Positions 1-8,225 of a stretch of DNA of 40,644 nucleotides are shown piece by piece. Positions within the stretch are counted from its first letter, which is position 1. Each line of letters begins with the position of its first letter. This DNA comes from a virus. The position numbers were made by a program, and so were the translations under genes. The stretch lies in UHGV virus genome UHGV-0357162; one strand, given 5' to 3'. The notes beneath the pieces are model-generated. The model did no database searches, was not told the origin of the DNA, and worked only from the letters and a program-made list of their open reading frames with translations.

Positions 1-575
1 ACCAACCCGGACTTGTTCCCCTTATAAAGTGGGAACGTGCCAAGGACCTTTCCGCCTAGTGTTAGTTGAAGTGTCGCCGCGTTGGTATTGTTCTGAACGG
101 GGAAAACGATAATCGGGGTTCGTAGCGTCCAGTCTGTACCTCCATTAACAAAAAACGTCGAGGGAAGTTCCAGCGTCAGTGCGTTTGCAGTGCCACCAGC
201 AACACCCGCAATATAATGACCGCTCTGAAGCTGCGCTATCTGTACGAAATAGTTTTCCGAACCACGCGTGGCAAAGTTAGCCACAACGTCATTAAGGGAC
301 CAACCTTTCGCGGTCGTTCCTTCCTGCCCACGAATGACTTTCAACACATCACCGCTTACCGATACCAGGTGACAAATCTCAAATGCAGACTCTTTATTAT
401 CGGTAAGCGTAATTTTTGCATAGACGCGTTGCCCGTTCGATTTATTTTCAAAATCGGCAGAAAGCAATTTTGCAAATTTAGCTCCCGTGCCCGGCATCAC
501 CGGAATATCAGTCTGAATCGTCGTGATATCGCCAGCCAGTGCTGAAACAACGTTATTGCCAAATCCAAGAATCAT
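1..575 (-). CDS. putative tail fibre / host-specificity protein, N-terminal part (partial; continues past window start)
   Basis: Minus-strand frame open from ATG at 573-575 to the window edge; N-terminus MILGFGNNVVSALAGDITTIQ; ATGA stop/start overlap with the upstream gene; sits after the J-like and I-position genes. Confidence 0.4.
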   Translation of the reverse strand, partial: MILGFGNNVVSALAGDITTIQTDIPVMPGTGAKFAKLLSADFENKSNGQRVYAKITLTDNKESAFEICHLVSVSGDVLKVIRGQEGTTAKGWSLNDVVANFATRGSENYFVQIAQLQSGHYIAGVAGGTANALTLELPSTFFVNGGTDWTLRTPIIVFPVQNNTNAATLQLTLGGKVLGTFPLYKGNKSGL

Positions 576-1198
576 TTTTGAATCACCGTTGTTGCATAGG
601 AATAAATAAAAGGGAGTTTTACATATTTCTGGTCAATGGCATCTTTAAGAAAATAGCCTATGCCATCGCCATACTCTGGTATCTGAATAGAAAAAACACT
701 GTCCGATACAGTCACACTCACATCAAAAGTATGCTGCAATGGCGGGTCTATTCCGTTTTTCCCATGAATGAACCGTGCCACACGGCGCTTTAACCAGTCA
801 ATGCAGAAATGCGAACCGTCAGCCTTATAAAAATTCCAAGTTAATATTCGCTTGAAATAATCATCCGGAACATACGATGCCTGCCCCGGAACATAATTCC
901 GCATTGCCGCATAAGGGATTGTATTGTATTCAATGGTATCGTATGCGCCGCGTGCAATAGCCTCCTCGGAAACCTGTAGTAAAGGCCTTTCAACGCCATA
1001 AATCCCGAGTGCAATCCAGTCCAGCAACTGCCCGGTTATTGATTCCGATGTCCAGCATGGCAATGCCAGATTGTTGAGTGAGTCGAGGTATTCCTGAGCA
1101 ATTTCATTGTATGCATCAAAGAACGCAACAACATTCGGATCATCTCTGTACTGCACAAATGGATAAGCAGGGAGAATTTTCTCAGTCAGATATTGCAT
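572..1198 (-). CDS. tail/baseplate protein in gpI position (hypothetical)
   Basis: Track ORF 572..1306; likely start at MQYLTEKIL (1198), overlapping the stop of the J-like gene; position between J-like gene and fibre. Confidence 0.4.
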   Translation of the reverse strand: MQYLTEKILPAYPFVQYRDDPNVVAFFDAYNEIAQEYLDSLNNLALPCWTSESITGQLLDWIALGIYGVERPLLQVSEEAIARGAYDTIEYNTIPYAAMRNYVPGQASYVPDDYFKRILTWNFYKADGSHFCIDWLKRRVARFIHGKNGIDPPLQHTFDVSVTVSDSVFSIQIPEYGDGIGYFLKDAIDQKYVKLPFIYSYATTVIQK

Positions 1199-2408
1199 GC
1201 TTGTTGACCTGAACCTGTGATGCCACCGTTGAAAAATAGGAATAGGTATCGCCATAAACCAGGCTTGTGTCTTTCGCCGGAAGAACAATATGGCCGTTAA
1301 TACCAATGCTCACACTGATTGTTGAGATCAACGTCGCATCAACCAGCAACCTGACGGAACTGGTAAAAATATCCTGGATACGCAGAAGATTTATCGGGTG
1401 TCCGACTTCAATTGAATTGATGTAATCAGCAACGTTTTGCTGCACAGCCATAGCAATACCCGCCGGATCAACATAATCATCAGACACCGTGTTCCAGGTG
1501 ATTAGCACCATGACGTTTTGTGATGACGGGATAACGAACGGCACCTGATAAACGTCCGGCGAAACGGTTATTGAAACCGTGCGTTTTTCCACTGCCGCAC
1601 CGGATGGATTGCTTACATCGTTGGTCAGTTTCGAAATATCCGGTACAGATTTGTAAATCGCATAAGCCACATCATACGGATCACCGCCACCAACAACCGC
1701 AACCCATTTCCCCAGCGACGACTGCCGAAAAGAAATCAGGTTTTCTCGCACACCGTTTACTGATTTGAGCATCGCTTTAAAGCAATCCGGTGTTCCCTGC
1801 ACACCAAACATGCCGGACTCCATGACTTCGGCGCGGTAAGATGCCCACGTTTGCGCCTCCTGACCTGGCATCCCTGCGGTAAGGTTCGTGCATTTTACAG
1901 GCTGGTCTTTTGGTACTGATGTAATGACCTGCGTCACGGTCCCTTCCGGTACAGCCCATGAGCCTGACGTTGTGGCCACACAGTAAACTGGCTCAGTCTG
2001 CCCGCTTTCCGGTATCACAGTATCGCGGGAAACCGCATACTGGTAGTTACCGTCACCAACCACAAATCCTTTAGGGATACCAAACCCCGGCAACGCCTCA
2101 AACACCACGTATACCGCCGTATTTGTACTTAATCCCTTCTGTGCTCCATATATGTTTCCGAGTTGCATCAGTAACGGAATATTCGCGCCGTATGGGCTTA
2201 CAGAGTTAATAAGGTCCACCCGCGCCTGGTCTATTAATGCCAGCGCCCCTACTGCCGTGCTGGCAAGGTCTGTAATAAGTCCTGCCGGAAGGTTGGCTGT
2301 ATATCCAGGTACTTTTTCAGCAACTCTGGTGATAAGATTCGCGAGCAAATCATTGGGTGGCGTAGGCTGCGCACCCGCACTGGTCATAGTAATTGGTATT
2401 TCTGACAT
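1182..2408 (-). CDS. baseplate J-like protein
   Basis: 408 aa; position and composition resemble the baseplate J family; compare in-window Mu gp47-like protein at 37690..38769. Confidence 0.55.
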   Translation of the reverse strand: MSEIPITMTSAGAQPTPPNDLLANLITRVAEKVPGYTANLPAGLITDLASTAVGALALIDQARVDLINSVSPYGANIPLLMQLGNIYGAQKGLSTNTAVYVVFEALPGFGIPKGFVVGDGNYQYAVSRDTVIPESGQTEPVYCVATTSGSWAVPEGTVTQVITSVPKDQPVKCTNLTAGMPGQEAQTWASYRAEVMESGMFGVQGTPDCFKAMLKSVNGVRENLISFRQSSLGKWVAVVGGGDPYDVAYAIYKSVPDISKLTNDVSNPSGAAVEKRTVSITVSPDVYQVPFVIPSSQNVMVLITWNTVSDDYVDPAGIAMAVQQNVADYINSIEVGHPINLLRIQDIFTSSVRLLVDATLISTISVSIGINGHIVLPAKDTSLVYGDTYSYFSTVASQVQVNKHAISD

Positions 2409-2422
2409 ATATCCCCTATATA

Positions 2423-2442
2423 AAAACCGCCGAAGCGGTTTT
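2423..2442 (-). terminator. rho-independent terminator downstream of the DUF1311-like moron
   Basis: Hairpin AAAACCGC-cgaa-GCGGTTTT; on the minus strand the stem is followed by TTTTTATAT; lies between the moron stop (2451) and the J-like start (2408). Confidence 0.5.
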
Positions 2443-2450
2443 AAGTTAAC

Positions 2451-3197
2451 TTATTTTGCCTGTTTCATTTTTTCCACCCTCTCAAGCATTCTTTTTACAT
2501 TTGATGGAGGATAGTTAAATTCATCGCCGTCTCCAAAAGAAATTTTTATAGGCTTCATTTTCATAACCAACTCTTTCAGAACTGCTTTACCAATTTCAGT
2601 TTTTGGCACTATAAAACCATTTCCATACAAGCATGATTTATAAGTTTTATAATATTCACCATTAATCAAAATTGGTGGATATTCTAATGGGCCATCAATT
2701 TGCACTGAATTATCGCAAAATCCATTACCTTTAGATTTTGAAGCAATAAAAATAGCTATTGTTCCATCATCGCCATACATCAGGAATCTATTTTTACTAA
2801 CACCTTCCAATGGAGGTAATATTATCAGTGCACCATCAATATACCATTCAGCGTAATTCTCTGATTCATTGATTATGTTCTCATTAATTTCATTTAAAGA
2901 TGAATATTCCCTGAATGCATTAGAATACCATTGTCGAACACATGATTCTGTTTTGCACTTCTCTCTTTCATTCCACAAGTCTGAAACAATTTTTCTAAAA
3001 GCTTTCTTATCAGTGCTCTCTAACTTTACTTTTTGATATAAAGAATTTAATTTATCATCAAGTTCAGATAATTCACTGTTGTTGCAAATTAACTTTTCAG
3101 AATATGATTTAGCTTTCGAGCAATCAAAAGATACTGCATTCGCAGTTCCTATTTGTAATAAAAAGGTAAACACTACAAATAATTTTAACTTAGACAT
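2451..3197 (-). CDS. secreted DUF1311/LprI-like protein (moron)
   Basis: Signal peptide MSKLKLFVVFTFLLQIGTANA; Cys-spaced motif FDCSKAKSYSEKLICNNSELSELDDKLNSLYQKV ... WYSNAFREY typical of the DUF1311 (lysozyme inhibitor LprI N-terminal) fold; GGAG RBS; markedly AT-rich relative to neighbours. Confidence 0.55.
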   Translation of the reverse strand: MSKLKLFVVFTFLLQIGTANAVSFDCSKAKSYSEKLICNNSELSELDDKLNSLYQKVKLESTDKKAFRKIVSDLWNEREKCKTESCVRQWYSNAFREYSSLNEINENIINESENYAEWYIDGALIILPPLEGVSKNRFLMYGDDGTIAIFIASKSKGNGFCDNSVQIDGPLEYPPILINGEYYKTYKSCLYGNGFIVPKTEIGKAVLKELVMKMKPIKISFGDGDEFNYPPSNVKRMLERVEKMKQAK

Positions 3198-3534
3198 CCT
3201 TAATCTCCTTATAAAACAGGAGAACAAATTTTACCCATTCTTAATGTCTGTTCAAGTTCATACTTTACAACCGCGCCCAGTTGAGTATGATTGGACGCAT
3301 GAGGCGTCGAAACCTCCCCCAAAAGCTGATTACCCAGCACCCTACAATGTGTTGGTTTTTTTATGCCTTTTTTTTGTGATGGCAATATGTGCGATCACAA
3401 CCCCGATCAATGTCGGGAGGGCGACGAATACAACACCCGAAAGGGGAATAAGTCCGCGGTATCTTTTGGGCCGTTTCGAACCTCCCGGCGCCACTACGTT
3501 AGTGGCAATTCGAAAAAAGCCAAAAGAGGTTACT

Positions 3535-4095
3535 ATGACCACCCAACTCATCACCGTGTTCAACGGAACCATTTCGAACGAAACCATCCTTCTATGCAAC
3601 GCTCGCGATCTGCATGCCTTTCTCGAAGTAGGTAAACGCTTTGCCACTTGGATTACCGAACGAATCAGCGAGTATGAATTCGTAGAAAATCAGGACTTTT
3701 TGATTATTTCCCAAAATCGGGAAAAAATCGGTAGAGGCAGACCAGCCAAAGACTACCATCTCACCCTGGACACCGCCAAAGAGCTGGCTATGGTCGAACG
3801 CAACGAAAAAGGACGCCAGATCCGCCGATACTTCATCGAGTGCGAGAAGAAGCTGCGCGAAGATACCACCAGCACACAATCCCCTCTGAATGTTGACATC
3901 ATCATGCGCGTCAGAAACGGCTCGGTTACCCACATTGAGCACCACAAATCAGGCTCAGTTATAACCACAGAATGGGCAATTCACTTACTACGCAAAAGTG
4001 GATGGATTGTCATGCCACGCGATGAACTTCTTAACACGCCACTGGCCCAATTGATACCCGAAAACTTGCCTCAAACCGGAACCTGCGTCCGGTAA
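3535..4095 (+). CDS. phage anti-repressor, AntA N-terminal domain plus KilA-C-like C-terminal domain
   Basis: Start MTTQLITVFNG with RBS AAAGAGG; motifs ATWITERISEYEFVENQDF (AntA-like) and DYHLTLDTAKELAMVERNEKGRQIRRYFIECEKK (KilAC-like). Opposite strand to the surrounding tail genes; the long track ORF 3079..4095 is an upstream extension. Confidence 0.7.
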   Translation: MTTQLITVFNGTISNETILLCNARDLHAFLEVGKRFATWITERISEYEFVENQDFLIISQNREKIGRGRPAKDYHLTLDTAKELAMVERNEKGRQIRRYFIECEKKLREDTTSTQSPLNVDIIMRVRNGSVTHIEHHKSGSVITTEWAIHLLRKSGWIVMPRDELLNTPLAQLIPENLPQTGTCVR

Positions 4096-4418
4096 CTGGT
4101 TCCGTTAAAAAACACAACATCGATGTTATAGGTGGGGTTCTCTGCCCCATCTACTTTTGAAATTGCCAGCGATGCAAAATACCCGGCATACTGTTGCTGA
4201 ACCATGTTCACATAGTAGTCCGGGTAAATCTGCTGCACGATGCACTGCTGCGCTGGAATGCCGTAATTCGCGTAAAACGGCGACTCCCCCAACCCCAGCT
4301 TTAACGTCTGAATGAGCGTCGTCAGCCAGCCGTAGGAGAAATCACCGTTGGCGTCTGACTCTACCGCCACCCATTTTTTGTTGCCGTTCGCGTCGGTGAC
4401 GCGGCCCCATGTTCTCAT
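4071..4418 (-). CDS. hypothetical tail-module protein (gpW position)
   Basis: Track ORF 4071..4451; likely start MRTWGRV at 4418 with GAGGG RBS; no recognisable gp25/W motif, so function unassigned. Confidence 0.4.
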   Translation of the reverse strand: MRTWGRVTDANGNKKWVAVESDANGDFSYGWLTTLIQTLKLGLGESPFYANYGIPAQQCIVQQIYPDYYVNMVQQQYAGYFASLAISKVDGAENPTYNIDVVFFNGTSYRTQVPV

Positions 4419-4425
4419 CGTGCCC

Positions 4426-4572
4426 TCACCACCATCGGATCTGGCCAACAAAATACCCAGACGCCAGAATCAGAAAGACCAACCAGATAAGTAAAAACTT
4501 CCAATTGGGAAATTTCTCGCCCATAACTCGAATCTCAACTAGTAATTTATAAACAATGAAAAGAAACTTCAT
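4426..4572 (-). CDS. small hydrophobic peptide, paralog A (48 aa from ATG 4572, or 32 aa from ATG 4524)
   Basis: MKFLFIVYKLLVEIRVMGEKFPNWKFLLIWLVFLILASGYFVGQIRWW; AAGGGA RBS before 4572; paralogous to 4691..4789. Confidence 0.4.
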   Translation of the reverse strand: MKFLFIVYKLLVEIRVMGEKFPNWKFLLIWLVFLILASGYFVGQIRWW

Positions 4573-4690
4573 ACAAATCCCTTTGTAACAATTACTTATA
4601 CCAAGTCATTCTATGCTTGAGTTCACGTAGCAAATCATCCATGAAGTAATTTGTTGTTTTTTCATTGCTATATGTAAAGTTATGTAAAAA

Positions 4691-4789
4691 TTACCGCCAC
4701 CGGATCGCCTGAATCAAAGCGGATAGTCCAAATAAGAAAAACACACGCCATATCAACAGGAATTTCCAGTTGGGTAATCTTTCGCCCAT
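4691..4789 (-). CDS. small hydrophobic peptide, paralog B (32 aa)
   Basis: MGERLPNWKFLLIWRVFFLFGLSALIQAIRWR; AAGGAG RBS 9 nt upstream; shares MGE(K/R)xPNWKFLLIW with paralog A. Confidence 0.4.
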   Translation of the reverse strand: MGERLPNWKFLLIWRVFFLFGLSALIQAIRWR

Positions 4790-4806
4790 TTCTCGTAACT
4801 CCTTTA

Positions 4807-4971
4807 TCAGTTTTTCAGGTAAATCAATGTACCCGCCACTAATGCAGTACAAATGATCCAGGCAACAGGCGTAAGTACGTGACGAATCCCTCGGCATACC
4901 GCGATTATCCTCGCAGCCTTATCTGCTCCTTGCGGAGTTGTCTCAGCCTTAAGAATCAGTTCGCTATCCAT
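4807..4971 (-). CDS. small membrane protein (54 aa)
   Basis: MDSELILKAETTPQGADKAARIIAVCRGIRHVLTPVAWIICTALVAGTLIYLKN; polar N-terminus and one predicted TM segment; below the ORF-track length cutoff; start overlaps the end of the upstream mini-ORF. Confidence 0.35.
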   Translation of the reverse strand: MDSELILKAETTPQGADKAARIIAVCRGIRHVLTPVAWIICTALVAGTLIYLKN

Positions 4972-5056
4972 TTAGAACCTTTATGATCTCTGCGATTCCC
5001 GGAAGAGATTTAGCAACAGCAAACCCTCCGATAACTATAAGAACTGCATAAAACAT
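4964..5056 (-). CDS. small hydrophobic peptide (30 aa)
   Basis: MFYAVLIVIGGFAVAKSLPGIAEIIKVLNG; first gene after the terminator at 5191..5224. Confidence 0.25.
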   Translation of the reverse strand: MFYAVLIVIGGFAVAKSLPGIAEIIKVLNG

Positions 5057-5190
5057 TCTTCTCAGAACCGGACTTCTTTCGAGCAATTTTAGAGCTTCCA
5101 CAATCCAGTCTCCTCCGCTAAAATTAATCACGGAAGACCTCCAAACATACGTAATTATCCCTTGCCTTATTCAAGGTCAGAAACAGAAAA

Positions 5191-5224
5191 CCCCGACTGG
5201 GCCAACAGTCGGGGTTTTCGTTTT
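5191..5224 (-). terminator. rho-independent terminator downstream of the spike-like gene
   Basis: Stem CCCCGACTG / CAGTCGGGG with 6-nt loop, A-run on one side and TTTTCGTTTT on the other (bidirectional architecture). Confidence 0.55.
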
Positions 5225-5256
5225 ATGGGTAGTATTTAAAGTGAAATGAACCGGTA

Positions 5257-5970
5257 TTAACCCGGATTTGGTTTCTTCGACGTGATCGTACTGCCACCGC
5301 TTTGAACACCAGTCACATCGTGACTGTGGCTGCTGGCGCTCACGCCGTTGATAACTGCATCTTTCTCGACCTTAAGAGGACCAATCAGCGAAGCGGTTGT
5401 ATCCTTCATCTGGGCTTTGTCCTGGACGATCGGTCCGTTGAGGTGAATTTGACCGTTCATGAAGATATCTTCGGCCTCGAGGTAAACAGCTTTCGACTTT
5501 AGCCTGATTTCTTCCGGTGCCACCGTTACCGAGCTACTGCCGTCCTCTGTTTTGATGATCGCGCCATCCGGACCGTACAAAACGATTTTTTGCGGATCTT
5601 CGTCGGACCAGTCCTTGTTTGCCAGTGGCACGAAAAACAGGGGAGTGAGCGACATCGAGTAAGAGAGCGTCGCCATACCGGTTCCCAATCCGGACACACC
5701 GCGCAGGGATACATCAGCGGCAATTGTTACTCCTCGATCACCCGGCTGTATCGGGTAACGGATATACGGGAATGTGGCGACAGGGATTGTTATCTGCGGA
5801 AAGTTGATCCCCTCTGGCAACATATCAAACTGAACGGTCACTATCTGCCCACTGACATCGACAACATGGCAGGGCAATTCACGGCCTTTAAGCTCGGCTT
5901 GCTGGTTGCCAGAACTGGTCATCATCTCCGACAGCGTTCGGAGAAACGGTAATTTTTGAGCGTTTGACAT
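5257..5970 (-). CDS. baseplate central spike protein (gpV-like)
   Basis: 237 aa; C-terminus INGVSASSHSHDVTGVQSGGSTITSKKP resembles the His-rich apex of gpV/gp5-type spikes; ATGA overlap with the upstream gene. Confidence 0.55.
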   Translation of the reverse strand: MSNAQKLPFLRTLSEMMTSSGNQQAELKGRELPCHVVDVSGQIVTVQFDMLPEGINFPQITIPVATFPYIRYPIQPGDRGVTIAADVSLRGVSGLGTGMATLSYSMSLTPLFFVPLANKDWSDEDPQKIVLYGPDGAIIKTEDGSSSVTVAPEEIRLKSKAVYLEAEDIFMNGQIHLNGPIVQDKAQMKDTTASLIGPLKVEKDAVINGVSASSHSHDVTGVQSGGSTITSKKPNPG

Positions 5971-6965
5971 TACACCCTCGCCCAGTTCTCAGCATATGCC
6001 TCAAATACCGTCACCCAGGCATCGCCATCAGCTGTCAGATACGAACCAATGTGTCTGACCGATTTCACAAGAAATTTCCCGGTGAACGTGGTCGAATTTT
6101 TTGCGATAACGCTGGGTGCCGTTGTATTAGCCATCACAATCGACGCAGCGCCAGAATATAGCCCCTCCGGCAGTTTAACCACATCACCACATCTGATATC
6201 GCCTCTCATAGGACATTTGAAACTGACGGTAAACGGCGCTATCCATGTCGGCTGCCCGACCAGTTCATGGGCATGAATTGTTTTTGGCTCCCCCCACTTT
6301 GCTGACGCGTTATCGTAAATTCGTATTCTGTCGGAAAGAATACTGATGGCAATCCCGCTGTATTTCTCATCGCGCATCATTGCAATTGAAGCACTACGGA
6401 GGACCATAGCCAGCGAACCAATATCTTCGTAGGTTCCATTCCACGGTTCCGGCAAAACGAGGCTGTCGCTGACAGTACAATCGATCAACTTATTCGGAAA
6501 TGCCTTTTGCAACGCACGGAAGATTACATCACCAACCTTTTCCCCTTTAAGCCCCTCCCCCTCGATAGAGAACGGTTTACCATCATCTGTTTTGCGTACG
6601 GTTGGATTTATTACCAGGTTTAAGGTCTGGTTCGTGCCGATCCAGTTGGCATAGGCCAGATAAATTTCGCCATAAATAACCTCACCCTGTTGCTGTGGAT
6701 TTGCCAAAGGCAATCCCTCAACAAAGCCCGCTTTCATACGGACCAGACACCCCTGCAAACTCACGCTTTGCTTCAGCATGTCGATAGGCAAACCGTATAT
6801 TGTGAGCATCGTTCCTGAATTCACTACATCAAGACCCGCTACCTCTGTGGGGTAGTGATCAATTCTGGGCGGAGTTCGTGCAGCCTGGTAGAACCTGCAA
6901 GCCTTGTGTGGCGCGGGGTATGGTGATTTAGTGTGATTCTGGGCGGATTTGTGAGAAATGACCAA
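5970..6965 (-). CDS. baseplate hub-like protein, possibly 5'-truncated at the Mu-like prophage junction
   Basis: Track ORF starts at a TTG; the first ~28 codons (MVISHKSAQNHTKSPYPAPHKACRFY) look like translated non-coding DNA and overlap repeats 6863..6946; confident coding from about residue 30 (PRIDHYPTEVAGLDVV) or from M at 6809. Confidence 0.4.
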   Translation of the reverse strand: MVISHKSAQNHTKSPYPAPHKACRFYQAARTPPRIDHYPTEVAGLDVVNSGTMLTIYGLPIDMLKQSVSLQGCLVRMKAGFVEGLPLANPQQQGEVIYGEIYLAYANWIGTNQTLNLVINPTVRKTDDGKPFSIEGEGLKGEKVGDVIFRALQKAFPNKLIDCTVSDSLVLPEPWNGTYEDIGSLAMVLRSASIAMMRDEKYSGIAISILSDRIRIYDNASAKWGEPKTIHAHELVGQPTWIAPFTVSFKCPMRGDIRCGDVVKLPEGLYSGAASIVMANTTAPSVIAKNSTTFTGKFLVKSVRHIGSYLTADGDAWVTVFEAYAENWARV

Positions 6966-6996
6966 AAACGCTTTTTTTTGCGCTTTTTTCTGGGCG
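6863..6996 (+). repeat. three direct copies of a TTCTGGGCG(G) core with similar flanks; candidate transposase-binding end sites (attL-like) of the Mu-like prophage
   Basis: Copies at about 6863..6872, 6937..6946 and 6988..6996, the first two with GTGAT...TTCTGGGCGGAxTTxGTG context; located just outside the repressor gene where Mu L1-L3 sites would be. Confidence 0.3.
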
Positions 6997-7158
6997 CTTT
7001 TGATCTGGTTCTGCTACAAACTTAACGGGTTTTAAATGCTTTTAAAAAAGTGTTTTATCCTTACCCGTTTTCCTCAATTTGTTCTCATCTGTTGTGTTCG
7101 GTTTTGTTGTGGTTATTGCTGATTAGCTAACAGCACACGCCCCGCCAAAACGAGGCGC

Positions 7159-7806
7159 TTATGCTGATTTCTTGTTTACAGGCTTAGTTTCTTGCTCCGG
7201 TGTGACGGGAACGCGATCACCTGGTGTTCCAGCACAGAAAATGGCTTTGGCGCGGCGCAAAATCTCTTTGTCATTTTCCTCATCGCCAGCTAATGCCATG
7301 CAAACAGCGTCTTTAAGCGATTGCCTGATGTTCAGGCTTTGAATGGCCTTCCTTTGCTCCTCAAGTTCGCTATCGGCTTGCTTAGTTTGCCTGGTGGGTT
7401 GCTGTAGGCGTTCCAAGATTCCTTTAATGCCCATATCGCATATTGCACTTATCAGTTGTTCCTTATCTTCTGTGGACGCTCTTTTCAATAACTCGTTAAC
7501 TAGCTCGTTTGTAATATCGGGAGAAGGCTGCGCTGTTTGATTTGATAGAGAACCTTCTTTGGCGGTGGGTTCCTCACCATAAGCGAGCCAATTTAAGCTC
7601 ACTTGTTCTTTATCTGAGATAAGACAAGCTATTTTAAAAGAAGGCTCTGTTCCTTTATGAATGTAGTTGTTTAAGGTTGAAGGGGGGATTCCCCAATCAC
7701 TCGCAGCAGTTCTGACACTACGGTTACCTATCAGCTTTACTAAACGCTCTCTGAAACTTTCTTTTCCCTGGTCGACAAAAGAAAAAGCATCATCATTTCT
7801 AGTCAT
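7159..7806 (-). CDS. prophage repressor (Mu c position), HTH DNA-binding protein
   Basis: 215 aa, transcribed divergently from the ner-like gene; N-terminal helix-turn-helix-like region SVRTAASDWGIPPSTLNNYIHKG. Confidence 0.55.
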   Translation of the reverse strand: MTRNDDAFSFVDQGKESFRERLVKLIGNRSVRTAASDWGIPPSTLNNYIHKGTEPSFKIACLISDKEQVSLNWLAYGEEPTAKEGSLSNQTAQPSPDITNELVNELLKRASTEDKEQLISAICDMGIKGILERLQQPTRQTKQADSELEEQRKAIQSLNIRQSLKDAVCMALAGDEENDKEILRRAKAIFCAGTPGDRVPVTPEQETKPVNKKSA

Positions 7807-7939
7807 TTTTTCTTTCCTCTATAACTGATTGATTTTAATTGTAAAAACCATATAAAGACCAAAATCAAAAAGAAAATACAAAGAAAGAGCTATTTTTGCT
7901 TTACATGGGCTACATATGGATCAATACTTGTATCCGAAG

Positions 7940-7961
7940 GGATAACACGGCGGTGTTATCC
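7940..7961. promoter_or_regulatory. operator palindrome GGATAACAC-ggcg-GTGTTATCC, with additional GGATAAC half-sites at 7931..7935 and 7966..7972
   Basis: Perfect 9-4-9 inverted repeat in the repressor / ner-like intergenic region, immediately upstream of the ner-like start. Confidence 0.5.
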
Positions 7962-7988
7962 GCACGGATAACTTTTAAGGGTAACCTA

Positions 7989-8225
7989 ATGATGGTTAGA
8001 AATGAAGTAATGAACAAAGACTGGCACCGCGAGTACATCGTTGCCGCTGTGCACACCAAAGGTTTTACATTGCGTGAACTTTCTGAACGCGCTGGTCTAA
8101 AAAAAGACTCTTTAAAAAATGCACTGTATCGCTCATGCCCTAAATATGAACGCATCATAGCCGATGCTATTGGTGTGGAACCTGCGGAGATCTGGCCAAG
8201 CCGGTATGCCAGTAAGGCGGCGTAA
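7989..8225 (+). CDS. ner: Ner-like DNA-binding protein
   Basis: About 78 aa starting MMVRNEVMNKDWHREYIVAAVHTKGFTLRELSERAGL; position directly upstream of the transposase with TAATG overlap; the track N-terminal extension covers the operator. Confidence 0.7.
   Translation: MMVRNEVMNKDWHREYIVAAVHTKGFTLRELSERAGLKKDSLKNALYRSCPKYERIIADAIGVEPAEIWPSRYASKAA

Noticed and set aside
216-545. Plus-strand 109-aa ORF at the window start
   Set aside because: Lies entirely within the minus-strand tail fibre reading frame, which is continuous to the window edge; most likely a shadow ORF.
3079-3534. Long N-terminal extension of the anti-repressor track ORF (MLQINFSEYD...)
   Set aside because: Overlaps the convergent DUF1311-like gene and lacks an RBS; the AntA-type N-terminus begins at the ATG at 3535, which has a good RBS.
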